Assembly (NCBI GenBank): GCA_032718475.1
Contig: JAUCBJ010008798.1
Location: forward strand, 62,001 to 126,000
Length of the DNA: 64,000 nucleotides
Direction of reading: 5' to 3'
From: Nemertoderma westbladi
Lineage: Eukaryota; Animalia; Xenacoelomorpha
The position numbers and the translations under genes were made by a program. Positions within the stretch are counted from its first letter, which is position 1. The number at the start of each line of letters is the position of its first letter. The notes beneath the pieces are model-generated. The model ran no database searches and was not told where the DNA came from. It was given only the letters and a program-made list of their open reading frames with translations. This document shows positions 44,535-57,397 of this stretch, in pieces.

Positions 44535-47315
44535 TACTTATAATTAATGAATAAAATTAATTGTCTTACCCCGTTGGGGTTTATCTTAAAAAAAAGTCCC
44601 CATGTTATCAGATGTCAAGTTCAGCTACACCCTGTGCCCTGTTTGTCATTTTTAGTGTAAATGTTCAGTGAAAGTGCCAGTAGTCATGAAAAAACCTTAT
44701 TTTTTACCCTTATTTTCTAGTACTCCAAAATCGTAATTTCTAGCTAATTTATAGATTCTTGAAAATTCTACAAAGTAAAGTGGCCTGCGAATCAGTCCAT
44801 GGGGTCGACAAATGTACCCTAACAGATTGTGAGTCAGCCCACACCCTTCCTTGTGGAAACAAAATGTCACTTATTTTAGACCGTAGAGTGAATAATAAAT
44901 AATAAAATAATTTATGTTAATGTTTCGTAATACTATTGGATGAACGTATTATCTGGGTATCATTTATAACAATATTAATATTACATTAGCAAAAACAAAA
45001 GATAATAGACCTAAATACTAAATTAACATAGAGGGAATTAAACACATACATGATAATAATTAATTAACAATTATTAATCAAAACAAATAATTATACTGCA
45101 AACCTAGTTTGATATTTAACGATTTCTATAATATAAATAAATGTCTTATACAATATCACAAATATGTTACTAAATCTACAAAATATGATATAACCTTTTA
45201 TGTAGCACAGCTCACTAGAATATCTTAAATATAAATAAACGTTCACTTTACTTACATACAGTACATAAATATTGATATACACAAGCGTTCTAAAAGGCTA
45301 CTTACTCACCAATTGCTCCAAACTCAGCTCCCTGGATTAATATCAAATGGAATAATAATATTGTAAAGCGAATTTACCAAAATACTAACAGTAGGGCCAA
45401 TTGATAACAATATACAAAAACATAACCCTCTTAACCGTTGCTGTGCGTTACGACGTCTGAATCAATAATAAGATTGATCCACGCCATGGCTTCCACAACA
45501 TAGTCTAACTTAATCAATAATGAACACTTTGTTCTAGAAGTCCTTCGATTTTGATCTGATATTGGAGGTGATAAATTATTGACTGTGGTGTTTAATGTTA
45601 CTAAAACAATGTATTCATTGTTTTAGTAACTGTTCTAGAATATTCCTACCAAGTACAATTCGTTTTTAAAATATTTAATGGAAAATAAGTTATTGTAAAA
45701 GAGAAAAATTTTTAATTTGAAATTTTTAATTGAAATTTTGCTGGAATATATCACGAGCGAAGCGAGTGCTAAAATGCCAACGAGTGCGGAATATCTGAAT
45801 TCGCTTACGTGAAAGAATTGAATTGAAAATATTCCCGTTTAAGTATATTTTTACGTATAAATTATTTTATTCGACTAATAAGAGCCAAACCAATTATGAT
45901 TATTTACTTGGGTATTTACCTAATTTCATATAATGTATACAATAAAAATTTATGAAACACGTGTGAGTTGTTGTTGGTACTGAAACCAACGACTATAATT
46001 ATTGTAAGTAATGAAGTTCCTAAAGCTGAATAATTAAAGGCTAAGCAAATTGGTATGAAACACCGACGGGCATTATTATCGTGACAATCCGGTCCTTTTA
46101 ACAGATCAGTAACGGTAACTGTAACTGGTAACGGAAACTGTAACTGGTTAAGGAATAAAGATTGGATTTTTTAAAACAACTTAAATTCGTATCAAATTCA
46201 TTTTCCTAAAAATTGCGGATAGTTACTTTAAAGTCACCTATCAATAACGGATGACAGTATCAGCAGTCAGCAAACGTAATACGTTGGATTTCTGGCATCC
46301 AGGCTTATTCTACGAATACTAACTACCCTGCACCTGTCAGGGAAGTGCGAATTATTCTACGACGATCAGTGATTCTCTACCGGGGGGGGGGGGTGTAAAA
46401 TGACGTATTACATGAAATTATTATAAAATATGTTTTCCCTTACGAGTAAGACCCCCTTGATCTATAGTTAACCTCACCCGTTGGCCACGCTCGGCAACTT
46501 GCCAGTGTCATTGGGAGAAAAACCTATTTGTTTATGTATTACCATGTAATAAATAGTTGAAATAACTGGGTATGACCGACCATGTATGATAGTTACTTTA
46601 TTTGATGACATGAACATGTATATTTCATTTGACGAACACCCAGATCATTGTGGTACGGTGGTTCACTGGTTCGCCTTTACAATTAGCGATGAAAGGTGTT
46701 TTGTTAAATAAAGACTTGTTGAATTCGAAATAAAAAAATAAAACCTTCAAAGATCAAAGGAAAAACATTCACAAACTAATAAAAATTATGTTACAATATA
46801 CAATAATTAATTAATAGTACAATTTAACAATAACACACCACTCGATTAGTAAATTTTAGATAAGTTTTCAAAACATACCACGGATTTTGATATATGAATC
46901 GAATTATATAAGGTGTATCAAATAACTTTTTTTACATCACTATTTACTACTTTTTTACTATTTTTTAGGGCAACTTTTTATGCTAATTTGGTTAGGTGGA
47001 TATGATGGCTAAGGTAGTACATTGAAATGTAAAAAAATTATTTTCTTAGAATTTTTACCATGTTGTTCAATATAACAAGGTGCAAAGTTCAAACTTTACT
47101 ATCCTATAATTAATTAAAGACAACAAAAGTTTAAATCTTAAAATAATCTTAATAAAAATGTTTCAAAAGATTTTATATTTGAATGTTTTCATTCCTGTAA
47201 CAACTGTCAAACCGTAAATTAATATTCTGGAAGTGGAATATAGAAATCATCATCTTACTATCTGACTAGACAGTTTTATTCTCCTACCAAATCTCAAGAA
47301 CAGAGCCTCTCTTAT

Positions 47316-47397
47316 GCGACCCAAAGGCTCCTCTTTCGATAGCTGCTACCCGAGAGTAGGGGTGGGCGCTACTCCTATCCCAAGATTTGATCCCAGT
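47316..47397 (-). mobile_element. Partial copy of the 28329-28600 SINE
   Basis: Reverse complement of the GGGATAGGAGTAGCGCCCACCCCTAC...GCTATCGAAAGAGGAG segment. Confidence 0.8.
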
Positions 47398-48958
47398 AAA
47401 CAAGGTAAAACAACAAGGTAACAATTCCAGAAATAATTTTTTTACATTTCTATTAACCTTAGCACAAGGAGATATGGAAATAGCGCTGTAAATAAGAGAA
47501 ACATCGGCCCACACTGAGTTGTATATTTACAGCTCTCAGTTATAAATGACGCCCACGGGTATGTTTGCAGTTACAACGCCATGAAATAAAAAAATTCCCA
47601 ATGCACTTCAGACTAATTCCTAATCAAACTAAATTATTTAATAATATATTATTTACTCAACAAATTAATGTAAATAGCCGTGACTCTGAAATGACCTGAA
47701 ACTATCGGAACAGAAACAGACCAAGAGAGAAAACTTATATATACAGAACAGACAGATGGTTGTGAATTAGCAAATACAAATTCTGTTTCCGCGGTTAATC
47801 ATGTCATTGCTTCGCAGCAACTAACATTGCCGCGGAATTTCATAATTTTAGGAATATTAAGATAAAAACCTGTACATCTCGAATAACTTGTAGGATTCGC
47901 ACACCCTGTTATCATAACTCATCGAATTCGCAAAATGGTTACAAAATCGAACTGACTTGGATTGGATTGTTTTAATCCGAAATCCTTATAAATTCAGGTT
48001 TTGCAAATAACAAAATGTCCCAAAAATACCTTTATAAGCCTTATAGAAACTTCTAAAGACTAAACAGCAACGTGGGACATAGAAACCACGCAGAGTCGTG
48101 TCATCATTGATAACACATACAACTAACAGTGGTACCGGTACTCATAAAGTTATTAATTATGTTAATGGAAGAAGCGGGTGCGGGGAAAATTATTCACACT
48201 GACAGTTCGTGCTGCTACAATAAATAACAATTATAACCCACAATATAAATAAATATATTATATTCACTCCCACATTGAAATTAAAATTTTTTGTTCAATG
48301 AGTCATTTTTAGCAATCAAGATGAAATATAATATGTAGAAAGGAAATTAATAACCTTAGAAGAAAGTTATTTCAATAGAAGCACCTTTCAGTCGCAGATT
48401 AATATTACTATTGTACCCCAAAATGTATAATGTGTAGAATATCCGAGCGCGGAGAGACTAGAATCAGACGGGAGTCAACAGGCCATGGAGTCAATAAATA
48501 GATTGTTGGAAATTATAATTACGTAAATTCTTACAGAAGGACATAAGAAAATAAATAGCAATTCAAAATAAGTTAAATAGAGTATTTATTTAATCAGTAA
48601 CATCCGCTAATACACCATAGAGAGCTACTATCGGAAAGAAGCCCAAAGATACCAGAACTAAGCTGATACATTGATAAATCGATACTAAACTAGAATTAAA
48701 TAGGCCTACCTTGTATAGAGTAATTATACAGAATGATATAAATATGAGCTCAGTTGAAATACATTTGGATATAAACATATTAATTAATATATTAGCTCAA
48801 CCATCTTACTATATAGCAGATAGCTCCGCTTCGTAATAGCCTATTTATATCCTCTCTTAGAAATAAAGTTCAAACAAACGTCACATACAATTATTGCCAA
48901 GTGGTCACGGCTAGGAGACGAAAAGTGTAAATACCGCTTAAAAGTAACCTGTATAGAA

Positions 48959-49254
48959 CTGTAGCTACACAACTGTAACGTCGCTAAATAATATACTGTA
49001 GCTACACAACTGTAACGTCGCTAAATAATATACTGTAGCTACACAACTGTAACGTCGCTAAATAATATACTGTAGCTACACAACTGTAACGTCGCTAAAT
49101 AATATACTGTAGCTACACAACTGTAACGTCGCTAAATAATATACTGTAGCTACACAACTGTAACGTCGCTAAATAATATACTGTAGCTACACAACTGTAA
49201 CGTCGCTAAATAATATACTGTAGCTACACAACTGTAACGTCGCTAAATAATATA
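48959..49254. repeat. Perfect tandem array, 8 x 37 bp
   Basis: Unit CTGTAGCTACACAACTGTAACGTCGCTAAATAATATA, head to tail with no spacers. Confidence 0.97.
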
Positions 49255-49907
49255 ATGTAATTGCGAGTTTCTATTTTGACGCTACGTAATAAATCCTTAA
49301 TTGTATGCGATTCACTCATTAGTCATTATATATATATAAGTTATCTCTTTGAAGTGGAAATATTATTAAAGTGACGCCGCTGGTTTATATACTGGCCGAC
49401 ACGATGTGGGGAATTCGCGTGGAATCAGACAACTCGTTATATACAGTTAGCCCCCCCCCCCCCCCCTCAAAGAGTTTCGATATTAGTGTTGTAATTGTGT
49501 GGAACTGGTCGACCGGCTGCAGATAATTTATATTTAATAATCGAGAAAATATAAGTAGTTTTCGAATGTGTTTGTCTGTACAGAAAAAACATTCATTCAC
49601 GGTATCTAAGACTGTACCACACTTCGTGGCTCGCCCCACGCTATAAGTAACACACACAAACTTTATTCTTTCATTAAAATGTTCAGCAGATTATGATAAA
49701 CCTGGACAAACTCCTTGTCACTTATAAAAAAAAAACGATTAAAAACTAGCTGCATGACGCATGTGAGTGTTGTCCTAACGACACTAGACAATGAAACTAA
49801 CACATTTAGTCATTTACTAGTCTCCAGTTACATGGATGTCTAGACTGCGAGACGCATCGAGGGTTGGGGTTCTAGACTAAACCGGAAAGGGGCGGAAGCA
49901 ACACCCG

Positions 49908-52064
49908 CTAGAACCCAAAGGGATCCATCCCCCCGAACTGGTTGGGGTCCGTGGTGCCCAGGGGCGTCGGGGCGACGGGCGCTGCGCCCTGGGCGATCCC
50001 GGGGGCGACGCCCCCCGCGGGCGCTACGCCCCAGCCCCCCGCGGCGGGGGCCGGCCCCCCGGGGGGGCCCGGTATTGTGGTCGCCGTGGAGACCCGCTGC
50101 CAGTTGGCGCCGCCGGTTTTGACCGCGGACTTGGCGGGGGTCTGACTCTTCTGGAGGCCGGCGCCACGGAACCCCAGGTTGCTGACCAGACTGGCCAGCG
50201 TCGCGTCCAGGTCCTGCTTCTCTGGGACCGCGGGTGTCTCCGTCTGGCTCTGGGGCTCCCGGGAGGACTGTGACGTCACCGAGGATCCGGTTACCTGCGG
50301 CATCAGAAGACCGCCAAGTCCGTCAATGGAATTGGAATTGGAAACGGTTTGGGAATTATTTTGTTGCCCGAAAGCGGCCTCGAAGTCGACGCTGGGTTGC
50401 GCCTGAAACGGGACGGCCGGACGCATCGGGGCCCCCATTGGTTGCATCCCGACCAGCTGCACTCCCATTGGCTGCTGGTGCATCACGCCATTCCCCATTG
50501 GCTGCTGCGTAGCGCCGCCCATCGGGTTGGCGCCCCAGGGGCTGGCCCCCGCCCCCGGCAGCCCCCCGAAGGGCTGGAAACCCGAGGGCTGCGAGACGGG
50601 GGGCTGGAAGAAGGAGCCCCCACCACCGACGGTGGGCTGCTGCGGGGGGCCGCCGAAGCTATCCATTAGGTTGGCGGGGGCGGTGCTCGCCATGGCGCCG
50701 GCGAAGGGGTTGTTAGAGGCGGGAGGGGCCGCGGGACGACTGAAAGAGAAGTCGCTGAGAAGATCGACGGAATTGTTGCGACTCGACTGGCTCAGTATGT
50801 CGGTGGAGCGTGCGCGCCGCATCCGGAAACCGGCCTCGCTGGACGGACTCGGAGAGCTCGCCACCGAGAACGGGTCGAACGTACCGGAAGTGGCCGCGGT
50901 GGCGGGGGCGATAACGTCATCGATGCCGAGCAGGTCGAGGGAGGCGCGTCTTCCAGGATACTGCAGCTTGGTGACCCCGACGGCGGCTGCGAACGGGTTG
51001 GTTGAGCGGACACCGCTCCGCATCGACTCGAGTCTGGTCAACTCGTCCCGAATGTGTTTCTCCCCGTCCAATGCGGCCACGCCCACGGGATCCTCGAAGC
51101 CCCCGCCCCCCGCGCTAATGAAGGCCTCCGCCTTGGGGAAAGCCTGCGGTTGGCCCTTCCCCCCGGTCGGTGAGGTCACCGACTGCTGGTTTGGCAGGCG
51201 TTTTACTTTCTGGTTCTCCAACGAGGCTAGATGGGACTCTAGCGCTTCTAGGAGACTGCTAGGCGCCGACGCAAGGTCAGGGATCTCCCCCTTATCTATA
51301 CCAACATCTTCCGCGGTCTTCAGGAACTTCCCGATGCTTCCCATTCTCTGAAGGAAACCCTTGTATTGATCCAAAGCGTCTTTGCAGGTCTTCTTATTCA
51401 AATCGAAGTACCTCTCTAAGAGATTTATAATTCCTTCGTTGTAACAAGCGAATAATCGGATAGAGTCTTTGAATAGAAGGAGGAAAGCGCAGTTAATGAT
51501 GCCGTTAGTGAGTTCGCTGAATTTTGCGTCGAATGCGAGCAAGGAATCTAGTTGCCGGCCCAGTATCGGGAGCGTGTGCAGCAGTTTGTCGGTGGACATG
51601 GTTCGCAGAACGCCGTCCTTGCCGCGTTTAATGCGGCAAAAATCGAAAGCGGTCGCCCTGTACGAATGGACCTTCTCGTTGATGTATTTGCTGTAGCGAC
51701 GGACGAAGTTGGACATTCCGTAGGCGGTTTTATCAATGAAGTCGCCGAGGTTGATTGGGGAGGACTGGGAGGCGAAGTACTGGATGAAACGTTCGTTGCC
51801 GAAGTTCATTAGATGGTGGATAGTAACGAGGGACTTGAACACGACGATCCAGGTGGTGTGGTTAACGCGGACGATGAGATAGTCCGCCATGTGCGGTATC
51901 GATATGTTTGGTTCCTCTGTGTACATGAGCAGAGTGTCGAGATGTTTTTTCTTGGGTCCCATTATTTCCTCTGTGGTAGCCTTGCATACAGTCTTCCCCA
52001 GTTGGGAACCTGTGACAGTGTGCTTGGCCGCGTTTATTCGGTCGACTACGCTTTGCCCAGACAT
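49908..52064 (-). CDS. PICALM: Phosphatidylinositol-binding clathrin assembly protein (PICALM/AP180 family), single coding exon
   Basis: ANTH N-terminus MSGQSVVDRINAAKH...VCKATTEEIMGPKKKHLD; disordered tail with NPF, DPF and DLL endocytic motifs. Confidence 0.95.
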   Translation of the reverse strand: MSGQSVVDRINAAKHTVTGSQLGKTVCKATTEEIMGPKKKHLDTLLMYTEEPNISIPHMADYLIVRVNHTTWIVVFKSLVTIHHLMNFGNERFIQYFASQSSPINLGDFIDKTAYGMSNFVRRYSKYINEKVHSYRATAFDFCRIKRGKDGVLRTMSTDKLLHTLPILGRQLDSLLAFDAKFSELTNGIINCAFLLLFKDSIRLFACYNEGIINLLERYFDLNKKTCKDALDQYKGFLQRMGSIGKFLKTAEDVGIDKGEIPDLASAPSSLLEALESHLASLENQKVKRLPNQQSVTSPTGGKGQPQAFPKAEAFISAGGGGFEDPVGVAALDGEKHIRDELTRLESMRSGVRSTNPFAAAVGVTKLQYPGRRASLDLLGIDDVIAPATAATSGTFDPFSVASSPSPSSEAGFRMRRARSTDILSQSSRNNSVDLLSDFSFSRPAAPPASNNPFAGAMASTAPANLMDSFGGPPQQPTVGGGGSFFQPPVSQPSGFQPFGGLPGAGASPWGANPMGGATQQPMGNGVMHQQPMGVQLVGMQPMGAPMRPAVPFQAQPSVDFEAAFGQQNNSQTVSNSNSIDGLGGLLMPQVTGSSVTSQSSREPQSQTETPAVPEKQDLDATLASLVSNLGFRGAGLQKSQTPAKSAVKTGGANWQRVSTATTIPGPPGGPAPAAGGWGVAPAGGVAPGIAQGAAPVAPTPLGTTDPNQFGGMDPFGF

Positions 52065-52260
52065 AGTGAGTGCGAAACAAAACTTAATCAGGTGAATTTA
52101 CCAAAAGAAAATGATTCTTCTGGTTCAGATATATTAATATTTCAATAAAAAAACATTAATCAAAGTTAAATTAATTTAATACTTCAATTAGGCCTACAAA
52201 TTTTGAATTATAAGGTCGTCAGTCGTCTAGTCTGTATGTATACCTATACCGGTAGCGGCA

Positions 52261-53438
52261 CCGTAATTCGGGGTGACTTGATACAGTTTTTGCCTTTAAC
52301 TGTGAATATCTTCTGAAGTTTTTATCCTACACAGGTGGAATAAAAAGAAAATTTTATAGTCGGGATGAGTACTAAACCACTAGACTAAAGCACTATTTCA
52401 GGTGCTTAGTCTAGTGGTGTTTTTTTCTTAAAAACCAGACCACCCCACATAATGGGGTGACTTGATACACAAGCAAATTTTCCGCAATAATACCACTCTG
52501 TGAATGAGTTTGGACCATGTTGTAGGCTGTGGGGGTGACTTGATACATCTTGGAAATTTTAAAAAAAGAACGAAGATAACGGGGATAAAAAATTATGGCT
52601 ACAATTAAAAATAACTCCATTTTTTATGGCAAAATATTTCATATTTAACAAGTTAAATTGCACTTTAAAAACGAAAAAGACCTTCATTGTATAGTGACAT
52701 CCTGACACCAGTAAGTAAGACATTACATTTTAGAAAAAACTGGAAACTAAAACAATGAATTTAAGCACAAATTTTGCAAATTTAAGGTTTAAGTAAAGAT
52801 AAAATATTTTAGAAAATTTAACATATAACAATATTTAACAAGTTAAATTGAAGTTTAAAAACGAAAAAGACTTTCATTGCATTGTGACATCCTGACACCA
52901 GTAAATAAGACAAAACATTTTAGAAAAAACTGCAAACTAAATCAATGAATTTAAGCACAAATTTTGCAAAATCAACGTTTAAGTCACAGTAGTCACAGGT
53001 ATCAGAACATTTTCGCCTCCAATATACCGTATATATGTATCAAGTCACCCCATTTTGAGATACACTTTCAAAAAACGGGCACTCCACCCCCAATTGCAAT
53101 TCATATGAAAATTTGTAAATTTTTTTAGGATCATAATATTCAAACTCATCTATTAGCATCTGTAAAAATAATTTTTGAACAACATTAACCCAAAGTGTCA
53201 AAAATTCGACCTATATTTTGACATTGAAAAAAAGTGAATTTTTGAACAATGCATTCTTGGCTCTAGTGATCACAAATGCGAAGCAATGACAAAATTTATT
53301 TTACTATTTGATAGACAATTTATTCAGACATCTTCTAATATTTCAATTTTTATCATAACATCACGCAATCACCCACAATCCGTTAAAGAAAAAAAATATA
53401 ACTTGCTGTATCAAGTCACCTCAATGTATCAAGTCACG
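52261..53438. mobile_element. pogo/mariner-like non-autonomous element
   Basis: GGGGTGACTTGATACA repeated at the left end and its reverse complement at ~53036-53438; internal ~150-bp direct duplication (~52642 and ~52831). The right end is degenerate. Confidence 0.6.
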
Positions 53439-54122
53439 TACTGATATTGGGCCTAACCCTAAACCCATTCAGCCTTGGCCTTTGCTGTATTCTGGTATTG
53501 GATAACGCTGTAAATGTGTGGTGTACTGGTTATGATATGCTTATCTGCTTATAGCAAGCATTAGGGATTAGGGCCAATCTGCAATACTGCAATAGTAGGG
53601 TTAACTCTGTAACTCGCCAAATTCCGGCCACCAAGCACTTCCGGACAGGGTGTTCAAATTATGGACAATTAGCCTTACGACAGTCTGACAGTACGATATT
53701 TATTCCCTTATGTTTCCTGTCCTATTCAAATTCCGGACAATGTTGACCTTGACAACAACAACAACGCAGTCTCGCTACCGGTACGAGCAGTTGCGGGAGA
53801 AGTTCTATTTTCGAGTGAGTTTAAATTTCAACTTTATTTTACTACAGTACTACCGCAGACCGGCAGTCAGGCAGATGCCTAACAGCCTAAAGGCTAGGCT
53901 ACTGTTACCGGATGCCTTGCCTACTGTCCTACAAGTCTACAACACAAAAAAAACGCGAGCGAAGGCTGGAAGGGAGAGGAATTTTTTAACTGATAAAAAT
54001 CTTGGTTGGATGAAAATCACAGCCTGATGCTGGTGTTTTCAAATTTGGTGTCTGTAGGCCGGTTCAGGTTTTCAAAAGTTCGCACCATCTGATCTGACTG
54101 TCTGACCATCTGACCATGCATG

Positions 54123-56700
54123 GGGGTCCTACTAATTACCCCAATCTACCCCAACCTACCACAAACTACCACAATCTACCGCAATCTACCCCAACAATTC
54201 GATAGAGGCATCTAATTACCACAATATTATTTTACATTGGCATCTAATTACCACAATATACAGAACTCAAGTGTCTATTTACCACAAGACTACACTGCAT
54301 CTAATTACCACAATATTATTTTACTTTGGTATCTAATTTCCACAATATACAGAACTCAAGTGTCTATTTACCACAAGACTGCAAGACTACACTGCATCTA
54401 ATTACCACAATATTATTTTACAATGGCATCTAATTACCACAATATACAGAACTCAAGTGTCTATTTACCACAAGACTACACACTGCATCTAATTACCACA
54501 ATATTATTTTACACTGCGTCTAATTCTGTAATTACCACCATATACAGAACTCGTGTCTATTTACCACAAGACTACACTGCATCTAATTACCACAATATTA
54601 TTTTACAATGGCATTACCACAATATACAGTACGGTAGTTATTAATACTCAGTGTCTAATTACCACAAGACTTCACTAACGTATAATACCACAATATACAG
54701 AACGCAAGTATCTAATCACAACAATATTATTTTTTAGGTTTGACAAATATATTGGAATGACAAATCTAAACGCTCAATCGAAGTACGAATTCATTGATGT
54801 GTCTCTATTATTTGTACCTTTGTGGCTAATGGGCTTGATAATGGAGCTGATTATTCGTTGATTCGCTACTGATGACTGTAATGAGTATTAAAAAATACTC
54901 CTAATGAAATTTAACTTAAGAAACTAAATGTTATTTATTGTCTTACAAAACTAAATGTTTTATTTCTTATTTAATATACATGTTGTACAGTATGTCGTTT
55001 ATTTACTTGTCATTTATGATTTCATCACATAAACAAATACACAAATGTTTTAATAATTTTATGCTTCACTAACTACAATCATAATCTTTAAAACACCCAC
55101 CAACTCTGATATTACTTAATTCTATTTACCTTTTAACTTAGGCCTATCTGTGATCTCTGATGCTATTCGGTGATTGTCTTACATGACTTTATAATTGATA
55201 AAATTTAATTTAACGAGCGCAACTAGGCTAATGAAGGATAAGAGTATTGTAAAACTAAAAATTTCATACTTAACTTAAATAGCCTTAATTAGAAGGTTTA
55301 CAAATGGCAATTAAAGTGTGTAAGGGCAAACTGAAATGGATCTCTATTTTTACAACTAGTTTATCACAAACTGATAGCATCGCCTTCACTCATATATATT
55401 TTAGGAAAGACAGTTTTCGTACTGTATGCTAATAGAGCTAATATTAGTATAATGTACTTTCTAATATAGGCTCACTTGCTGTGCGAAGGCATCACAAACT
55501 TGTAAATGTTGCTTATGATATAAATATCATTCTCCACTGCCAATTGTCATATGTCCTACAGTAAACTGTGCCCACATATCCCAGAGCACAACAGAACCCT
55601 TGCCCTTGGAATATATTTACAAGCCCTGCCCAGCAGACTGATCAATGCCCGTTCAGAAAATGTACTGTACTTTATTTTATTTTTTCAATTATAATTTTAG
55701 CTTTTGCCAACAATTCCCTCGACTGTAAATTTGTATTTTATTTTATTTATTAATGTTTGTGTGTAATTAAATTTTATCAATTATAAAGTCATGTAAGACA
55801 ATCACCGAATAACATCAGAGATCACAGATAGGCCTAAGTTAAAGGTAATTCGAATTAAGTAATATCAGCGTTGGTGGGTGTTTTAAAGATGATTGTAGTT
55901 AGTGAAACATACAATTATTAAAAGCATTTGTGTTATTTGTTTACGTAATGAAATCGTAAATGACAAGTTAATAAACGACATACTGTACAACATGTATATT
56001 AAATAGGACAATAAATAAGATTTAGTTTCGTAAGTTAAATTTCATTAGGAGTATTTTTTAATACGCATTACAGTCATCAGTAGCAAATCCACGAATAATC
56101 AGCTCCGTTATCAAGCCCATTTGCCACAAAGGTACAAATAATCGAGACACATCAATGAATTCGTACATCGGTTGAGCGTTTACATTTGTCATTCCAATAC
56201 ATTTGTCAAACCTAAAAAATAATAATGTTTTTGATTAGACACTTGCGTTCTGTATATTGTGGTAATTAGACATTAGTGAAGTCTTGTGGTAATTAGACAC
56301 TGAGTATTTAATAACTACCGTACTGTATATTGTGGTAATTAGATGCCATTGTAAAATAATATTGTGGTAATTAGATGCAGTGCAGTCTTGTGGTAAATAG
56401 ACACTTGAGTTCTGTATATTGTGGTACTTAGATGCCATTGTAAAATAATATTGTGGTAATTAGAGGCAGTGTAGTCTTGTGGTAAGACACTTGAGTTCTG
56501 TATATTGTGGTAATTAGACGCAGTGTAAAATAATATTGTGGTAATTAGATGCAGTGTGTAGTCTTGTGGTAAATAGACACTTGAGTTCTGTATATTGTGG
56601 TAATTAGATGCCATCGTAAAATAATATAGATCGGTAGATTGTGGTAGTTTGTGGTAGGTTGGGGTAGATTGTGGTAGGTTGGGGTAATTAGTAGGACCGC
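54123..56700. mobile_element. Foldback/Mutator-like element with ~1-kb modular inverted arms
   Basis: Arms ~54123-55210 and ~55765-56700, partly built of GCATCTAATTACCACAATAT subrepeats; flanked by CATGCATG on both sides. Confidence 0.85.
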
Positions 56701-56859
56701 CATGCATGGTATCTGGCTGTCAGACTGTCTGGCATCCACCAGTCCAGTCTTACCACAGTCTGACAGTACCAGTTAGGAACACTGGTCACTTTCTGGCTGG
56801 AGCTCAGCCACAAATTATCCACATATGCATATTTACAGCCAGAAAGTGTCCATGCAACC

Positions 56860-57397
56860 ACTATTTGTCCTTACTAACTCCACCTATGACCTACTGGCTC
56901 CAGAAGTCGAGGAAATCCTGCCAAGTACCTAACTGATCTAGACTTTGCTGATGACTTAGGAGTACTCTCAGAATCACTAGAGCAGCTCCTCAGCTCATTA
57001 GAACATGCTGCTTCTAGTGTTGGTCTTTTTATTAACTCCAGAAAGACCAAAATTTTGACAGTTAACTTTGAAAGTCCTCAGCAAGTCTCTAATCGGATGA
57101 GCATAAGCTCAAAAGATGGTATGCTTGAGCATGTGGATGACTTATGTTACAGTGTTACCTGGGATCATGGATCCGGAAGTCAGGTGAGGACCTTCGAATA
57201 CGTAAGGGAAAGGCATGGGCAGCCTTGAATTGTGAATAGGCTTTCCAGGATGTGGAAGTCACCGAGAATTAATCGAAAACTTAAGGTCCGATTATTTAGA
57301 GCAGCAGTAGTTCCAGTACTCCTCTATGGGAGTCCACGCTGGGCTCTAACTGCTGAGGACACCAAATCTCTGGATGGCACATTCACAAGAATGCTAC
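56860..57397 (+). mobile_element. RTE-type LINE RT fragment
   Basis: LTDLDFADDLGVLSES RT motif, then MWKSPRINRKLKVRLFRAAVVPVLLYGS; frameshifted. Confidence 0.8.

Noticed and set aside
43155-44787. hAT-like element with CAGGCC termini around the pogo-like MITE
   Set aside because: Weak inverted similarity but no matching 8-bp TSD, so the boundaries are unsupported.
48959-49254. CRISPR array
   Set aside because: Units are contiguous and identical with no spacers, there are no cas genes, and the context is eukaryotic.
49942-52148. Several plus-strand ORFs up to 274 aa
   Set aside because: Antisense shadows of the GC-rich PICALM coding sequence with no recognisable motifs.
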